Origin: a virus
Taxonomy: Duplodnaviria; Heunggongvirae; Uroviricota; Caudoviricetes
Length of the DNA stretch: 64,000 nt
IMG/VR virus record: IMGVR_UViG_3300028591_000077
Reading direction: 5' to 3' (one strand)
Each line of letters begins with the position of its first letter. Within the stretch, counting starts at the first letter, position 1. Positions 18,957 through 30,116 of the stretch are shown here, one piece after another. Made by a program: the position numbers and the translations under genes. The notes under the pieces are model-generated. The model saw only the letters and a list, made by a program, of their open reading frames with translations, ran no database searches and had not been told where the DNA came from.

Positions 18957-20811
18957 TAAAGTAATCGTTCACAATTTTGGAAGTTATGGACATGCTGAAG
19001 TAGATTTAGCCAACAAAGGCTTTTGTTTAGTTTCTGGCAAAAATAACTATAAAAAGGATAACGCTTTATCAAATGGCTCAGGTAAGAGCTTTTTGTGGAG
19101 TGCTATCTGTTTTGCTTTAACTGGAGAGACAATCAATGGTCTTCGCAGTAATTTAAAGAATATAAATGCAGACGAAGATGATAATACAAGTTACGTCGTA
19201 TTAGACTTTAAATCAGGCGCAGACAGTTATTCATTAAAAAGAATCATCGCGCCTAAGTCAGATTTAAAGATTACGAGAAACGGCGTTGACGCTTCTGGAA
19301 AAGGGTTAAGAGAATCTGAAGATAAGTTAGCTAGTTACCTTCCAGATTTAACCAAAGATCTCATTGCCTCGACGATAATCATCGGTCAAGGCATGCCTAA
19401 TAAATTCTCTTCATTCAGTCCATCTGGAAGAAAAGAATTATTAGAAAAGCTTACAAAATCTGACTTTATGATTGAAGATTTAAAAAACAGAATCATAAAT
19501 CGTCAAGCAGATCTTAATTTAAATCTCAGAAATTATGAAGATAGTTTATTGGTTCATAGAACGCAGTATGATACAACCAAAAAGCACCATGATAAGCTCG
19601 ATGAAGAGATAAGCAAGTTAGTTCAACCAGACTTCGATAAAGAAATTAAAGAATCATCTGAAAGAGTTGCAAAGCTCCAAAAACAATACGATGAGCAAAC
19701 GGCTGAAATCAAACGACTTGAACAAGAGAATGAAGCAGCCAATACCAAGCTAACAAAACAAAGTGATGAAAAACTAAAAGTAAGCACTGAAGAGCTTACG
19801 GCTTACGGAAACTCTACTTCTGAGCTTACACATGAAAAAGCAAGATTAGGCGGACGAATTACAAGCCTAACCTATGAAATAAAACGCTTAAAAGCTATTA
19901 CTGACATCTGTCCAACCTGTGGACAAAAGATACAAGGCGTTGTAAAACCTGACACATCTCAGCAAGAACAAGAGCTTACTGAAAGCAACCGTCAAATGGT
20001 TGATGTGACAAGAAGATTAAATGAAGCTGCTGATAAGCATAAAGAATATATTAAAAATATCAACGCAGCTTTCGACGATACAATCAATACTTTAAGACAA
20101 ACAATACTAAACAATAAAAAGGCGATAAATAAATTAAGAGAAGAGTCTACTAAGTGCTTTGAGATACTAAGCACTGAAAAAGCAGCTTATTCTAAATTAG
20201 TCTTTGATAAAGAAAATTGGGATAAATATGTTGCAGGAATTAAGAGCTCTATTGAGGCAGATAATGAGGCATTGGCTAAATTAGATAGCACAATCAGTGT
20301 TATGTCTGCTGCAAGACAAGATACCCTAGAGCATATTGCCATCGTTAAAAAGATGGACACACTCGTAAAAAGAAATTTCAGAGGCTATCTATTATCGAAT
20401 ATTATTGGTTATATTGATAGACGTGCCAAAGATTACTGCAATACTGTTTTTGGAACTAGAGAACTTAGTGTCTATCTCAACGGAAACTCATTAGACATTT
20501 CTTACTGCGGTAAAATGTTTGATAACTTATCCGGAGGAGAAAAACAAAGAGTAGACCTCATTCTACAATTTGCTATCAGAGATATGCTTATGTCTTATCT
20601 AAACATGAATTCAAATATTCTTGTCTTAGATGAAATCACAGACTTCTTAGATAAGCAAAGCTGCGCAGCCGTTATGAAGCTCATTGAAAAAGAATTGAAC
20701 ACAATTGAATCTGTGTTTATTATCTCACACCACGCAGAAGAGCTTGAGCTGCCAATTGATTCAGAATTACACGTGGTAAAAGATGAAAATGGTATAAGTG
20801 AGGTTTATTAG
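18943..20811 (+). CDS. sbcC: SbcC/Rad50 (gp46-like) ATPase
   Basis: NFGSY, NGSGKS, zinc hook CPTCG, LSGGEKQR, LVLDE, ISH. Confidence 0.93.
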   Translation: MLQFNKVIVHNFGSYGHAEVDLANKGFCLVSGKNNYKKDNALSNGSGKSFLWSAICFALTGETINGLRSNLKNINADEDDNTSYVVLDFKSGADSYSLKRIIAPKSDLKITRNGVDASGKGLRESEDKLASYLPDLTKDLIASTIIIGQGMPNKFSSFSPSGRKELLEKLTKSDFMIEDLKNRIINRQADLNLNLRNYEDSLLVHRTQYDTTKKHHDKLDEEISKLVQPDFDKEIKESSERVAKLQKQYDEQTAEIKRLEQENEAANTKLTKQSDEKLKVSTEELTAYGNSTSELTHEKARLGGRITSLTYEIKRLKAITDICPTCGQKIQGVVKPDTSQQEQELTESNRQMVDVTRRLNEAADKHKEYIKNINAAFDDTINTLRQTILNNKKAINKLREESTKCFEILSTEKAAYSKLVFDKENWDKYVAGIKSSIEADNEALAKLDSTISVMSAARQDTLEHIAIVKKMDTLVKRNFRGYLLSNIIGYIDRRAKDYCNTVFGTRELSVYLNGNSLDISYCGKMFDNLSGGEKQRVDLILQFAIRDMLMSYLNMNSNILVLDEITDFLDKQSCAAVMKLIEKELNTIESVFIISHHAEELELPIDSELHVVKDENGISEVY

Positions 20812-20815
20812 AATT

Positions 20816-21637
20816 ATGCAATGAAAGAAAGATCCTAATTTAAAGTACACAGACCTTTGTATCTACATCGATGAGAATATGGAGAAACTCAGAAATCCGG
20901 GAGAATATCCAGAAGTAGAAAATAAAATTTGAAATTATCTGTGGTTACTTATTAAAGCATTAGCAATTAAAAAGGGAATGTTCGATGACTTCCAACATTA
21001 TGACCCTTATGCTTTTTATGGAGCAAATAGAATATTCTTTGCTCTTAGAAAAAACTTGCAAAATGAAGGCAAAACGATTAAAGGCAAATTAATTCGACCA
21101 ATTAAATCTTGTCTAAACTATACAAAACTTCTATTAAATCCGATGAAAATCGAATATCAAAATGAAGCGTTTAGAGAAGTAATTAATGAAGAATTTGTTG
21201 CTAAAAAGTTTGATTCTTGGAGTTATCAGGAAAAGCTTAGATCTGAGGCTAGAGCAAGTCAAGGTGTTGATGAACAATTCTTAGCCTATATTCGTGAGCT
21301 ATTTAATGAAAGCAGCTCATTAGTCGATAAGGTTTTAGAAAAATCGCCATTCGGAGCCAATACAATAGAATATAAACATTTAAGGATGTCGATTATATTA
21401 AACATTATCGCAATATTAAAAGCTAAGAAGAAACTAGACTCAGATGTGCAAACAGTTATTTTATGAAAGCTGCCAAAATCAATGTCAAATTATGTTAGGG
21501 TATTATTAAAAGAATTCTTAACAGAGTTAAAAGTAGAAATTATGGATTGCTATCACCATGCCGATATCGATGACACGATGGTAGACGCAATATTATCAAA
21601 TCCAATGGGAGAATCATATAATAATGAGGACGACTAG
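20816..21637 (+). CDS. Hypothetical protein, candidate divergent sigma factor (code 4, 3 TGA)
   Basis: Continuous frame with TGA at 20822, 20930, 21464; function inferred from position and weak region-2-like pattern. Confidence 0.5.
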
Positions 21638-22031
21638 TATTAAAGAGAATCTTAATGCTTTACAATTATCTGACATATATTCATTAATGCTCTTTATCTT
21701 ATATAAAGTGCAGGATATTCCAGAATATGCGGTATTAAGCGAAATGTGCTATTTATTAGACGGTAGTAACTTAACAAGATTGTTGACTTATTTCGCTGGC
21801 AAAACAATAACAATTCCTACAGAAGAAGAGTTTGCTATTGTATCAAGCGCATTGCTCATGTATCAATATATAAATATAGACGGCGAGTCTTATGCAAATG
21901 CACAATCTAAACTAACTGGGCTCACTGCTAAACAAAAAGATAAAGCATCAGAACTCTACCTAAAAATTATACCAATCATGCGTCAGTATAATATTGATAG
22001 GAGCCAAATTCAGAAAAATGCCAGATACTAA
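21624..22031 (+). CDS. Hypothetical protein, Mor-like activator motif
   Basis: LLTYFAGKTITIP resembles Mor-family FGG..IYIP. Confidence 0.5.
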   Translation: MRTTSIKENLNALQLSDIYSLMLFILYKVQDIPEYAVLSEMCYLLDGSNLTRLLTYFAGKTITIPTEEEFAIVSSALLMYQYINIDGESYANAQSKLTGLTAKQKDKASELYLKIIPIMRQYNIDRSQIQKNARY

Positions 22032-22257
22032 TGAATATGGTAAGTTTCCTGAAGAGGAAAGAAGCTTTGAAACAAGAGTTTCCTTCATAAAAGACATATT
22101 TACTTTAAAGCATACTAATACAGAAATAATGGCGCACTGCATTCAGTATAAACTTGGCAAGTCATTTGAAGCTTATTCAAAGCAAATATTAAAGAGTGTA
22201 TGGACGCTTAGAGGCGAAGACCCGATGAAGGTCTTAAAAAGAATAGACCACAGATAA
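22018..22257 (+). CDS. Hypothetical protein
   Basis: ORF overlapping the previous stop. Confidence 0.6.
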   Translation: MPDTNEYGKFPEEERSFETRVSFIKDIFTLKHTNTEIMAHCIQYKLGKSFEAYSKQILKSVWTLRGEDPMKVLKRIDHR

Positions 22258-22268
22258 AGGAGATTTGT

Positions 22269-22598
22269 ATGAATACAAAAACAAATATCGTAAATGACAT
22301 TAGCATCCTTATGAAAGTTCCAAATAAGGCTTTGGATGCTTTCGTTGAAAAAGCTAATTTATGTATTGGCAGTATTATTGCTGATGCTCAAAAATCAGGT
22401 GAACAAAATGTTGTCATTAATATTGGTATTGGAACATTAAGTGTCAGCTTAGCCGACATGCAATGTAAATTTGTTCCAAGTAAAGCATTAAAAACAACTA
22501 TTAAAGATTGCTTAACAAAAAATGTCGATCCACTTGAATTAGAACTAGAGAAAGCACTATCCAATAAATTAATGGCCATAGTTGACGAGGTATTATAA
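22269..22598 (+). CDS. Hypothetical protein
   Basis: ORF with AGGAG RBS. Confidence 0.7.
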   Translation: MNTKTNIVNDISILMKVPNKALDAFVEKANLCIGSIIADAQKSGEQNVVINIGIGTLSVSLADMQCKFVPSKALKTTIKDCLTKNVDPLELELEKALSNKLMAIVDEVL

Positions 22599-22599
22599 T

Positions 22600-23148
22600 A
22601 TGACTGAAGAAGAGAAAAAGAACGAATTAGAATTAATTGAGGTAAATACTGACGAGTTAAATAAAGAATCTCTTGCTATTATTAATCAAATTATTACAGA
22701 GCAAGATGCTGAAAAGACTAAAGACCTTACCTACTTATTTAATATTAATCAAAATAAGAAAACAATGGTAAGAGCTAATAAGCTTAATGAATTATTAGAT
22801 GTCTTGACAGATGCAGCAGTCGATAGATTTACTCAAAGACCTGATGAAATCTCAAACCAAGAACTTATGCAAGGTTTGAAGATCGTCCAAGATTTAATTG
22901 AGCGTAGCCAAAAACAAGTTAATGGCACAAATGAACAACAACCATTGATTCAGATCAATCAGCAAAACAATACACTTGAAGTTGGAGGACAAAAAGGTGG
23001 ATTGAACAGAGATTCACGTGAACGTGTTAAAAATGCTGTACTAGATTTATTAAATGGTATTACTGCTCAAACAGAAGAAGCAGAAGTTGAGGACGTTACC
23101 GTAAACCCAGCCCCAACAGAATTGGAAGATGATGAAGATGATGACTAG
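22600..23148 (+). CDS. Hypothetical protein (possible terminase small subunit)
   Basis: Helical protein with QINQQNNT segment reminiscent of gp16-type TerS; weak. Confidence 0.45.
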   Translation: MTEEEKKNELELIEVNTDELNKESLAIINQIITEQDAEKTKDLTYLFNINQNKKTMVRANKLNELLDVLTDAAVDRFTQRPDEISNQELMQGLKIVQDLIERSQKQVNGTNEQQPLIQINQQNNTLEVGGQKGGLNRDSRERVKNAVLDLLNGITAQTEEAEVEDVTVNPAPTELEDDEDDD

Positions 23149-23434
23149 TGTTAAAAATATATTAAGCAAACTAGAAATCGAGGACACTGGCAGATACGAC
23201 AATCATTTCTATATTATTAAATTAAAAGATAGTGATGATTATGCTAGAATGTATACAAAACTAAATAAAAACGCGATTAATACGGAATTCCCTAATTTCG
23301 GAACAAACACAAATAAATCAACAGTAAAAGTAACAAATTATTTTGAGATTGATGATGAAGATATTACTTATAATATCTTCCTAGTAGCTGACTTTGACAA
23401 AGATAGTTACTATGTGAAAATTGGAGAAAAATAA
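23138..23434 (+). CDS. Hypothetical protein
   Basis: ORF in operon. Confidence 0.65.
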   Translation: MMTSVKNILSKLEIEDTGRYDNHFYIIKLKDSDDYARMYTKLNKNAINTEFPNFGTNTNKSTVKVTNYFEIDDEDITYNIFLVADFDKDSYYVKIGEK

Positions 23435-23814
23435 TGATAATCGACTATAATGGAGTAAAGACATTCACAGACTCGCTCCAAATAGACGATATAGGGAACT
23501 GTGCAATTAAATGTGAGGGGGTATATCGCGAAGGTCGAATCCAATTATACGGTGAATATTATTTAGTAACAAAAACAATTGCCGGTAGAACGTCTATTGC
23601 AAAGTTTGGTCCGATAGTGCCAGACTTGAATGTTATGCAAAATAGCTTTGAATGCACTTATAAGAATATTGCATACAAAGAATCAACGATTATTCGTGAG
23701 ATAAACTTATTTATCAACGATGGAATGAAAGGAATATCGAAAGCAGAGGTAATCACTGATTTGGAGGCTTTTGAAGCCTTCCCATCATTACAAGAAACTT
23801 TCAATAATATGTAA
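23434..23814 (+). CDS. Hypothetical protein
   Basis: TAATG-coupled ORF. Confidence 0.7.
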   Translation: MIIDYNGVKTFTDSLQIDDIGNCAIKCEGVYREGRIQLYGEYYLVTKTIAGRTSIAKFGPIVPDLNVMQNSFECTYKNIAYKESTIIREINLFINDGMKGISKAEVITDLEAFEAFPSLQETFNNM

Positions 23815-23815
23815 T

Positions 23816-24181
23816 ATGGCAGTTGCAGATTTTAAGAAATATTTAGTTAAAATTCAAGGGCAATACCTTGAAATGAAAGCAGATTTAGCAGATTTTAATG
23901 AAGCTTTTCAGAAAGGACATATTACTGAAGAGCAACTACAAACTGCAAAAGATGATGTATATGTGGTAGAACAAAACTATCAAAGATTACTTTATGTTGC
24001 ATATCTTTTAGAGATGCCTCGAAGAGACTCTAAAAAAGAAAAATATAGAAGAGCAAATAACAAAGTAACAAAAGCATTATCTGACATGAAAGCCGATGAA
24101 CAAGCGGTATTTGATGAAAATAAAAGTGCCATTGATCATTTGCGAGCAGAGCTTAAAAAGCTCACAAAAAAAGATAAGTAA
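23816..24181 (+). CDS. Hypothetical protein
   Basis: ORF followed by a hairpin at 24186-24207. Confidence 0.7.
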   Translation: MAVADFKKYLVKIQGQYLEMKADLADFNEAFQKGHITEEQLQTAKDDVYVVEQNYQRLLYVAYLLEMPRRDSKKEKYRRANNKVTKALSDMKADEQAVFDENKSAIDHLRAELKKLTKKDK

Positions 24182-24301
24182 AAACAAGGGCACCAAAAAG
24201 TGCTCTTTCTTTTTTGCTAAATTTATTAAATTAATAAATTATTAAATTAATAAAAAAACTGTATAATATAGTAGGTATACTTATACATATAGGAGATTTT
24301 A

Positions 24302-25117
24302 ATGAGACAAATAATCACTGATTTAGATACACTTACTCCTGCAAAACCTCTTGAATTCATTACCGATAAGGGTATTGAAAAAGAGGAAGGAGAAAACATC
24401 ATTAAAGAAATCAAAGAAGTCATGGCAAGTGATGAAAGCATACTTGCTTTATCAGCTCCTCAAATTGGAATTGACAAAAGAATCTTCTGCTTGAAATTCA
24501 ATGATGTAATCAAAACGTTTATTAATCCAATCGTAACCAAAAAGGTTGGCGGAACAATTGCCCCAGAAACATGTGCAAGCATGCCTGGTAAAGAAATCTT
24601 AATCAGCAGACCAGATGAAGTCACAGTCGTTTATTACACTGATGAATTCAAATATGAAGATAACAAACTTCTCGGTCCTGCTGCCAGACTATTCGACCAG
24701 CAAACACAGTTATTAGATGGTATTCCACCATCAGAACTTGGTCTTGTTTCAGATGTTGCTGAAGATGGCTCATTAGCAGATTTAAATGAAGAAGAGATTG
24801 CTCAAATCACTGAAATCTATAAACAATTTATTAAGACCAAATTAGAGGCTTTGCAAGCTGACATTGAATCTGATGAAGTCGCTAAAAAAGAATATAGCTC
24901 TTTAATGTTTACTGAAAACGTAATCAACGGGCGTATTAAGATTTCTGAAACAGAACAAGAAGCAAAACAAAGAGTTGAAGCAGAAAAATCGGCACAAAAA
25001 TCATTGAGAATTAGCATGCAAATTGAGCTCCAACAAAGAAAAGCACAAAATCGTGTTAATATGATTAAAATGGCAAACAAGAGCCGTAGATATAAAGGAA
25101 ATAAGGGGAAAAGATAA
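24302..25117 (+). CDS. def: Peptide deformylase-like protein, metal site degenerate
   Basis: LSAPQIG, FINP, ETCASMPG (for EGCLSVPG), ARLFDQQTQLLDG (for AR..QHE.DHL.G); C-terminal extension. Confidence 0.8.
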   Translation: MRQIITDLDTLTPAKPLEFITDKGIEKEEGENIIKEIKEVMASDESILALSAPQIGIDKRIFCLKFNDVIKTFINPIVTKKVGGTIAPETCASMPGKEILISRPDEVTVVYYTDEFKYEDNKLLGPAARLFDQQTQLLDGIPPSELGLVSDVAEDGSLADLNEEEIAQITEIYKQFIKTKLEALQADIESDEVAKKEYSSLMFTENVINGRIKISETEQEAKQRVEAEKSAQKSLRISMQIELQQRKAQNRVNMIKMANKSRRYKGNKGKR

Positions 25118-25335
25118 TGCAAGACGAATATATTAGGGGTTTTGACAAAGTTATCTTGGGTGTTGTTAGAACAAAAGATAATGGCGATCAAACATTATTA
25201 GATTTTCCATCAAGAAAGATTCTCGGATTCTATATCGCTAGCGACAATACCACAAGAGAATTTTCTTACAAAATTGTATCACAAGGCAATACATTGATTG
25301 CATTGCTTTATAAATATAAAGGTGTTAAAATGTAG
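25117..25335 (+). CDS. Hypothetical protein
   Basis: TAATG-coupled ORF. Confidence 0.6.
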   Translation: MQDEYIRGFDKVILGVVRTKDNGDQTLLDFPSRKILGFYIASDNTTREFSYKIVSQGNTLIALLYKYKGVKM

Positions 25336-25347
25336 GAGGAGCAGTTT

Positions 25348-25530
25348 ATGAGAGATAATAAAAAAATGATAAGCTTAGAAATCTCAGATGAATTAAGGGA
25401 AGCTCTTCGAGTAGAGGCCTTTCACAAAGCTGTAACTGTTTCTGCACTTATTAGACAAATCCTAGAAGACCAACTAAACGTGACCAAAGAAGTTAAGGAC
25501 TCAACTACTAAATTGACCGAGACAAAATAA
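25348..25530 (+). CDS. Ribbon-helix-helix DNA-binding protein
   Basis: MISLEISDELREALRVEA...TVSALIRQIL; strong RBS. Confidence 0.75.
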   Translation: MRDNKKMISLEISDELREALRVEAFHKAVTVSALIRQILEDQLNVTKEVKDSTTKLTETK

Positions 25531-27389
25531 TGGAAAAAATTGATAAATCAAAAAAGATATTAATTTTAGTTGAATCCCCTACTAAGGTAAAAAGCGTTGG
25601 TCAAATAGTCAAAGGTCTTGGCTATAAAAATGTTAAAGTTCTTGCAACAGTTGGTCACACGACAGAAATTAAAAACGTAAAGGGTAGCTATAAAAATACT
25701 GGTATTTATCCAGACAATAATTTTAAAGTTACCTACATGGTTTCCGAAGACAAGCATAAAGTAGTAGAAGACATCAAGCAAGCTGCAAAATGAGCAGACT
25801 TAGTTTTAATTGCCTCTGACCCTGACCGTGAGGGAGAAAACTTAGGAAATCATATTAAAGACATTCTTAAATTAAAGAATGATCAATACTATAGAATTTC
25901 TTACCATAGCATTTCAAAAAGTGCTATCGAGCAAGCTTTAAATAATCCAAGAAAAATGGATAAAGCTTTGGTAAACGCCGCAGAAGCTAGACAAGTTGTT
26001 GATAAAATGATTGGATTCTCTTTGAGCCCAATCGCAAAAACTTATGTTGGCGCAAAATCTGTAGGTAGATGTCAATCAATTGGTTTAAAGCTTATTGTTG
26101 ACCGCGAAAAAGAAATTGAAAACTTTATTCCTGAAAGATATTTTGATATATATCTAGACTTTTTAAAACACAGCATTGATTTTAGAGCTAAATATGTTGG
26201 CACAGATGCCAATCCAATCGAGCACTTAAAGACAAGAGAAGATGCTAATTTGGTAGTCAGTCAATGCACTGGCGATTTTGTTGTTAAGGATATTGAGAGA
26301 AAAGAAAAATATCAAAGCCCACAACCACCATTCTGCACCGCTACTTTCCAGCAAGAAGCAGCAAATAAGATCGGCTTAAAGGTTAAAGATGCAATGAGCT
26401 GCGCTCAAAAGCTATTTGAAGGTATTCAAATAAATGGAGAGCATGTTGGTTTAATTACTTACATGAGAACTGACTCTACAGATTTAGCTCCTGACTTCTT
26501 GCCAGAACTAAAATCTTATATCGATGGCGTTTATGGAACAGGAACATTTACAACTCCAAGAGTTGGTAAAAAATCTGATTCAGACCAAGAAGGCCATGAG
26601 GCTTTAAGAGCCGTTTCAGTCAACATGACGCCAGCTAAACTTGCAGCGCATCTTCCAAATCCATTATTATTAAAAGTATATGAACTTATCTGGAAAAGAA
26701 CTGTCGCGGCGGCAATGCCAAATGCTATAATTTCAGAGACGACTTATGACATCTACAATGGTAAACATAAGTTTATCATGAAATCAAACGAAGTTATCAG
26801 CCCAGGCTTTAAGCAAGTCTATGGTTATGATGATGCAGATGCAGCAACAATTACTGAAACTTTTGATAAAGAAGAAGTATTACAACATGCTGTCCTAGAC
26901 TTACAAGAAAAGCAAACCCAGCCAAAACCTCGCTATAAAGAAGGAACGTTGATTAAAGAGCTTCAAAAGCGCGAAATTGGGCGTCCTTCGACATATGCTA
27001 CAATTGTTGAAACTGTATTAAGTCCAACAAGAGGCTATTGTGAGCTTGACGGCAAGGATATTGTACCAACCGAAAAAGGTAAACAATTAGCAAGTTTCTT
27101 AGATAGAGCTTTTCCAAACATAATTAATTATGATTATACAAGAAACATGGAAATCGACTTGGATATGATTGCCAATGGCGAAATGGAAGAGTTAGACTTC
27201 TTAAATGGATTCTATCAATCATTAGAAAAAGCTATTGCTTCAAATCAAGAAACCGCAATTGGAACAGAAGAAACAAAAATCTGTCCAAAATGCGGAGCCC
27301 CAATGGTTGTTCGAAGAAGCCGTTTTGGTAAACTATTCTATGGTTGCAGTAATTATCCAAAATGTAATGGAATAGTGAATTTAGAATAA
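25530..27389 (+). CDS. topA: Type IA DNA topoisomerase (code 4)
   Basis: VESPTK, KW(TGA 25791)ADLVLIASDPDREGE, SVGRCQS, ITYMRTDS, IGRPSTYA, C-terminal Zn ribbon. Confidence 0.95.
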
Positions 27390-27392
27390 TTC

Positions 27393-27426
27393 AAAAAACC
27401 ACTAGAACCCCGCTAAGTGGTTTTTT
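27393..27426 (+). terminator. Intrinsic terminator
   Basis: aaaaaaccact...agtggtttttt. Confidence 0.7.
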
Positions 27427-27441
27427 ATTATCAATTTAATT

Positions 27442-27450
27442 GCTAAATTA
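27442..27450 (+). promoter_or_regulatory. GCTAAATTA late promoter-like motif (copies at 33869, 37704, 43240, 43338, 46730, 51168, 52053, 60151, 62715; variant 24216)
   Basis: Exact 9-mer recurs in intergenic gaps upstream of morphogenesis operons. Confidence 0.8.
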
Positions 27451-27487
27451 ATTGACAATCAAGAAAAATTTTAAAGGAGATTATCTA

Positions 27488-28642
27488 ATGGCAGGACAAT
27501 TACTATCATTAACACCTGAAATTCAAGCTTGGATGCACGATGTCTTAGTTTGGGGTGGAAAATTAAAAGCTGCCTCTATCGTTCGTCCACATAATTATGG
27601 ACAAATGTATGAGTTTGGCTCAGCTGAAGGTGAACAAGCTGCTAAGGATATCTGTGAAGAAATTACTACAAGAAACTTTGATATTCATCAAAAAGTAGAT
27701 CATGCTTTAGATATTATTTCAAAGTATTATTTTAATCCAGATATCAACTCTAACAGCAACGATAAAGCCGACTGCAAACGTATTAGTGCTTCTACAGCTG
27801 CAGAATATATCGCTGTTTTCTGTAAAGCAATGAATATCGTTTGGAACGACAAATCAAGAAGTAACGAAGAAATTAAATTATTTAAAGATACTAAACTTGG
27901 TGCTCAATTATGGAGATATCAATGCTTCGTATCACAAATTGGTGGTGGAGTTAGAGTAACCACTACTGCTGGTGGAACAAGACCTAAATCAGCTAGTGGC
28001 TCAACAGGGCCAACAAATGACTATAAAGCCTCTGGCCCACAATCTGGCAATGCAAGAGGTTTAGTTGGTAATCCGCATGAAAAAATTAATCCAAAAGGCG
28101 AATGGGGAAAAATGTTTGACGTTGAGTATGATAAGAAAGGCGTTAATGTTCCTTATTTATTCGTTGACCCACTTGGAAAAAAAGGTGATGCTGGAAACAA
28201 TGTTAACAAAGTCTTAGAAGGCAGTGGTAATGGCTATACTGATTGCGCTTGCTATTTCAATACACGCGAAGAAGCAGATGAGTTTAAAAAGAGATACGCT
28301 GAACTTCATAATTTAAAACCAAGACAATTGCCAAATGACCAAGGAATTGTCTATGATAGCGGTAAGTTCTCAGGCTTACATGTCGGTAAAGGAAACTTAC
28401 AGCCAAATGGATATTTTATGGTAAATACTGAATGTGGCAAATGCTACATCAGAGCAAATAAACTTAATGAAGACATTGACCTTGATGAAGAGCTTGAAGT
28501 TGAAGAAGTGCTTCCTGAAAGCAAATTAATCAGTGAAATGACTACAGAAGAATTTGAAGCTTATAAAGCTAAGAAGAAAAAAGCTTTTGAAGACATGCAA
28601 GGATTCTTCAACGATTATGTAAAATATGATTTACATAAATAG
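27488..28642 (+). CDS. Hypothetical protein (probable late/virion)
   Basis: ATG after AAGGAG; downstream of late motif. Confidence 0.75.
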   Translation: MAGQLLSLTPEIQAWMHDVLVWGGKLKAASIVRPHNYGQMYEFGSAEGEQAAKDICEEITTRNFDIHQKVDHALDIISKYYFNPDINSNSNDKADCKRISASTAAEYIAVFCKAMNIVWNDKSRSNEEIKLFKDTKLGAQLWRYQCFVSQIGGGVRVTTTAGGTRPKSASGSTGPTNDYKASGPQSGNARGLVGNPHEKINPKGEWGKMFDVEYDKKGVNVPYLFVDPLGKKGDAGNNVNKVLEGSGNGYTDCACYFNTREEADEFKKRYAELHNLKPRQLPNDQGIVYDSGKFSGLHVGKGNLQPNGYFMVNTECGKCYIRANKLNEDIDLDEELEVEEVLPESKLISEMTTEEFEAYKAKKKKAFEDMQGFFNDYVKYDLHK

Positions 28643-28665
28643 ACTGAACCAAGGAGAGATTAAAA

Positions 28666-30096
28666 ATGAAAATTAATAAAAATAAAGCTATTAATGAAGA
28701 ATTAATTAAAGAAAATAAAGCTTTAACTGAAGAAGATGAAAAAGTCGAAACTTCACCAAGCGGTGATGTTACTGTTACCACAAGTGAAGAAGGTGGAGTC
28801 AGAACTACTTCTGTTGACCTTCCATTAGACTCAAATGGTAATCCTGCCACAGCTGAAGCTAAAGAATATGCACACAATGCTATCACTGACGCATTAGATT
28901 ATGTTCTTAGAGTTACAAATCACAGAAAGAGACTTGTACAAGGCGGCTTCAATACTTTTGGAACAAGTAAAAATGTATTAATCGTTGGTCTTCCTGGTTC
29001 CTCAAAAACCACATCCGTTAAAGGCTGATGTGAAGCTAAGGGATTAACCTGTTACCAGATCGACGTCAGAGACTCAGAACTTGAAGTTACTTTAAACGGT
29101 GCTCCATTCTTTGAGAAATCTGAAGATGGCAAGAAAACAATGATTTCTAAAGCCGCTTCTCATGCCTTAGACGGATTAGACGACCCAAATGGCAGCGTCT
29201 TATTCTTAGATGAGTTAAACAGACAAAAAGATGCCGGTATTCGTGGTTCTTTATTAAAATTAGTCGCTGAAAAATCAGTCTTAGCTGCTGGTGAAAAAGG
29301 CGGCGTCCGTTATTTCCCAAATCTATTATTTGCAGTTGCTGCTATCAACCCATACGATTCAAGAGACGATGGCGTTGATAAATTAGGCGATGCTGAAAAA
29401 CGTAGATATAACGTTGTTGTTGAATTCAACTCAACTGCTGAAAGTGCACAAGCATTCGTAGATTTCAGCTATGATACAAACCTTAAACAATGCGCAAAAC
29501 TTTATGCAGATCCAAATCATGACCCAGAATTTTATTGGGGTGTATTAAAACAATTTATTTATGGTAAGAGCGTCGCTACCCATGTATTAAATTACCCAGG
29601 CTTCAAATTTGATGGTAATGCAGAAGCAACTCTTACATTAAGAGACGATAAAACATTATTCAACCAAGCTACATTTACAGATGCTATCTTTGATGCTGGT
29701 GAATTATTCGTTTCTTCACCAAATGCAACTGTAAGCCAATTCATCAAGCATCTTATTGCTGACTTCAAGTCCGCAAACTTATTAGATTCTACATTTACAA
29801 TGCTAAAGAGCGCTTTAAATGCTTATCGTCCTGCGGGCGATTTCAAAGCATTAGTCGAAGCTGAAGAACAAATGTTAGATATCGATTTAGGTAGTAAAGA
29901 ATTAAATGGCAACGGCATTCCAGTAAAGAAACCTGGTGAAGCTGGTTCTGATGACCAAGAGGATTCAGGACACTTATTTGGTGGCGCTTCTAATGACCTT
30001 GGAACTGCTGGAAATAACGCTACAGAAACAGCTAGCGAGGTTGAGGATAGAATGACTGATTTCTTCGGAAATCTTGGTGGCGGACCTAAAATATAA
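28666..30096 (+). CDS. MoxR-like AAA+ ATPase (code 4)
   Basis: GLPGSSKT..VKGW(TGA 29026), LFLDELNR, AAINP, AEKRRY. Confidence 0.85.
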
Positions 30097-30116
30097 TTAA
30101 AGGGAGGCAAATTAAT

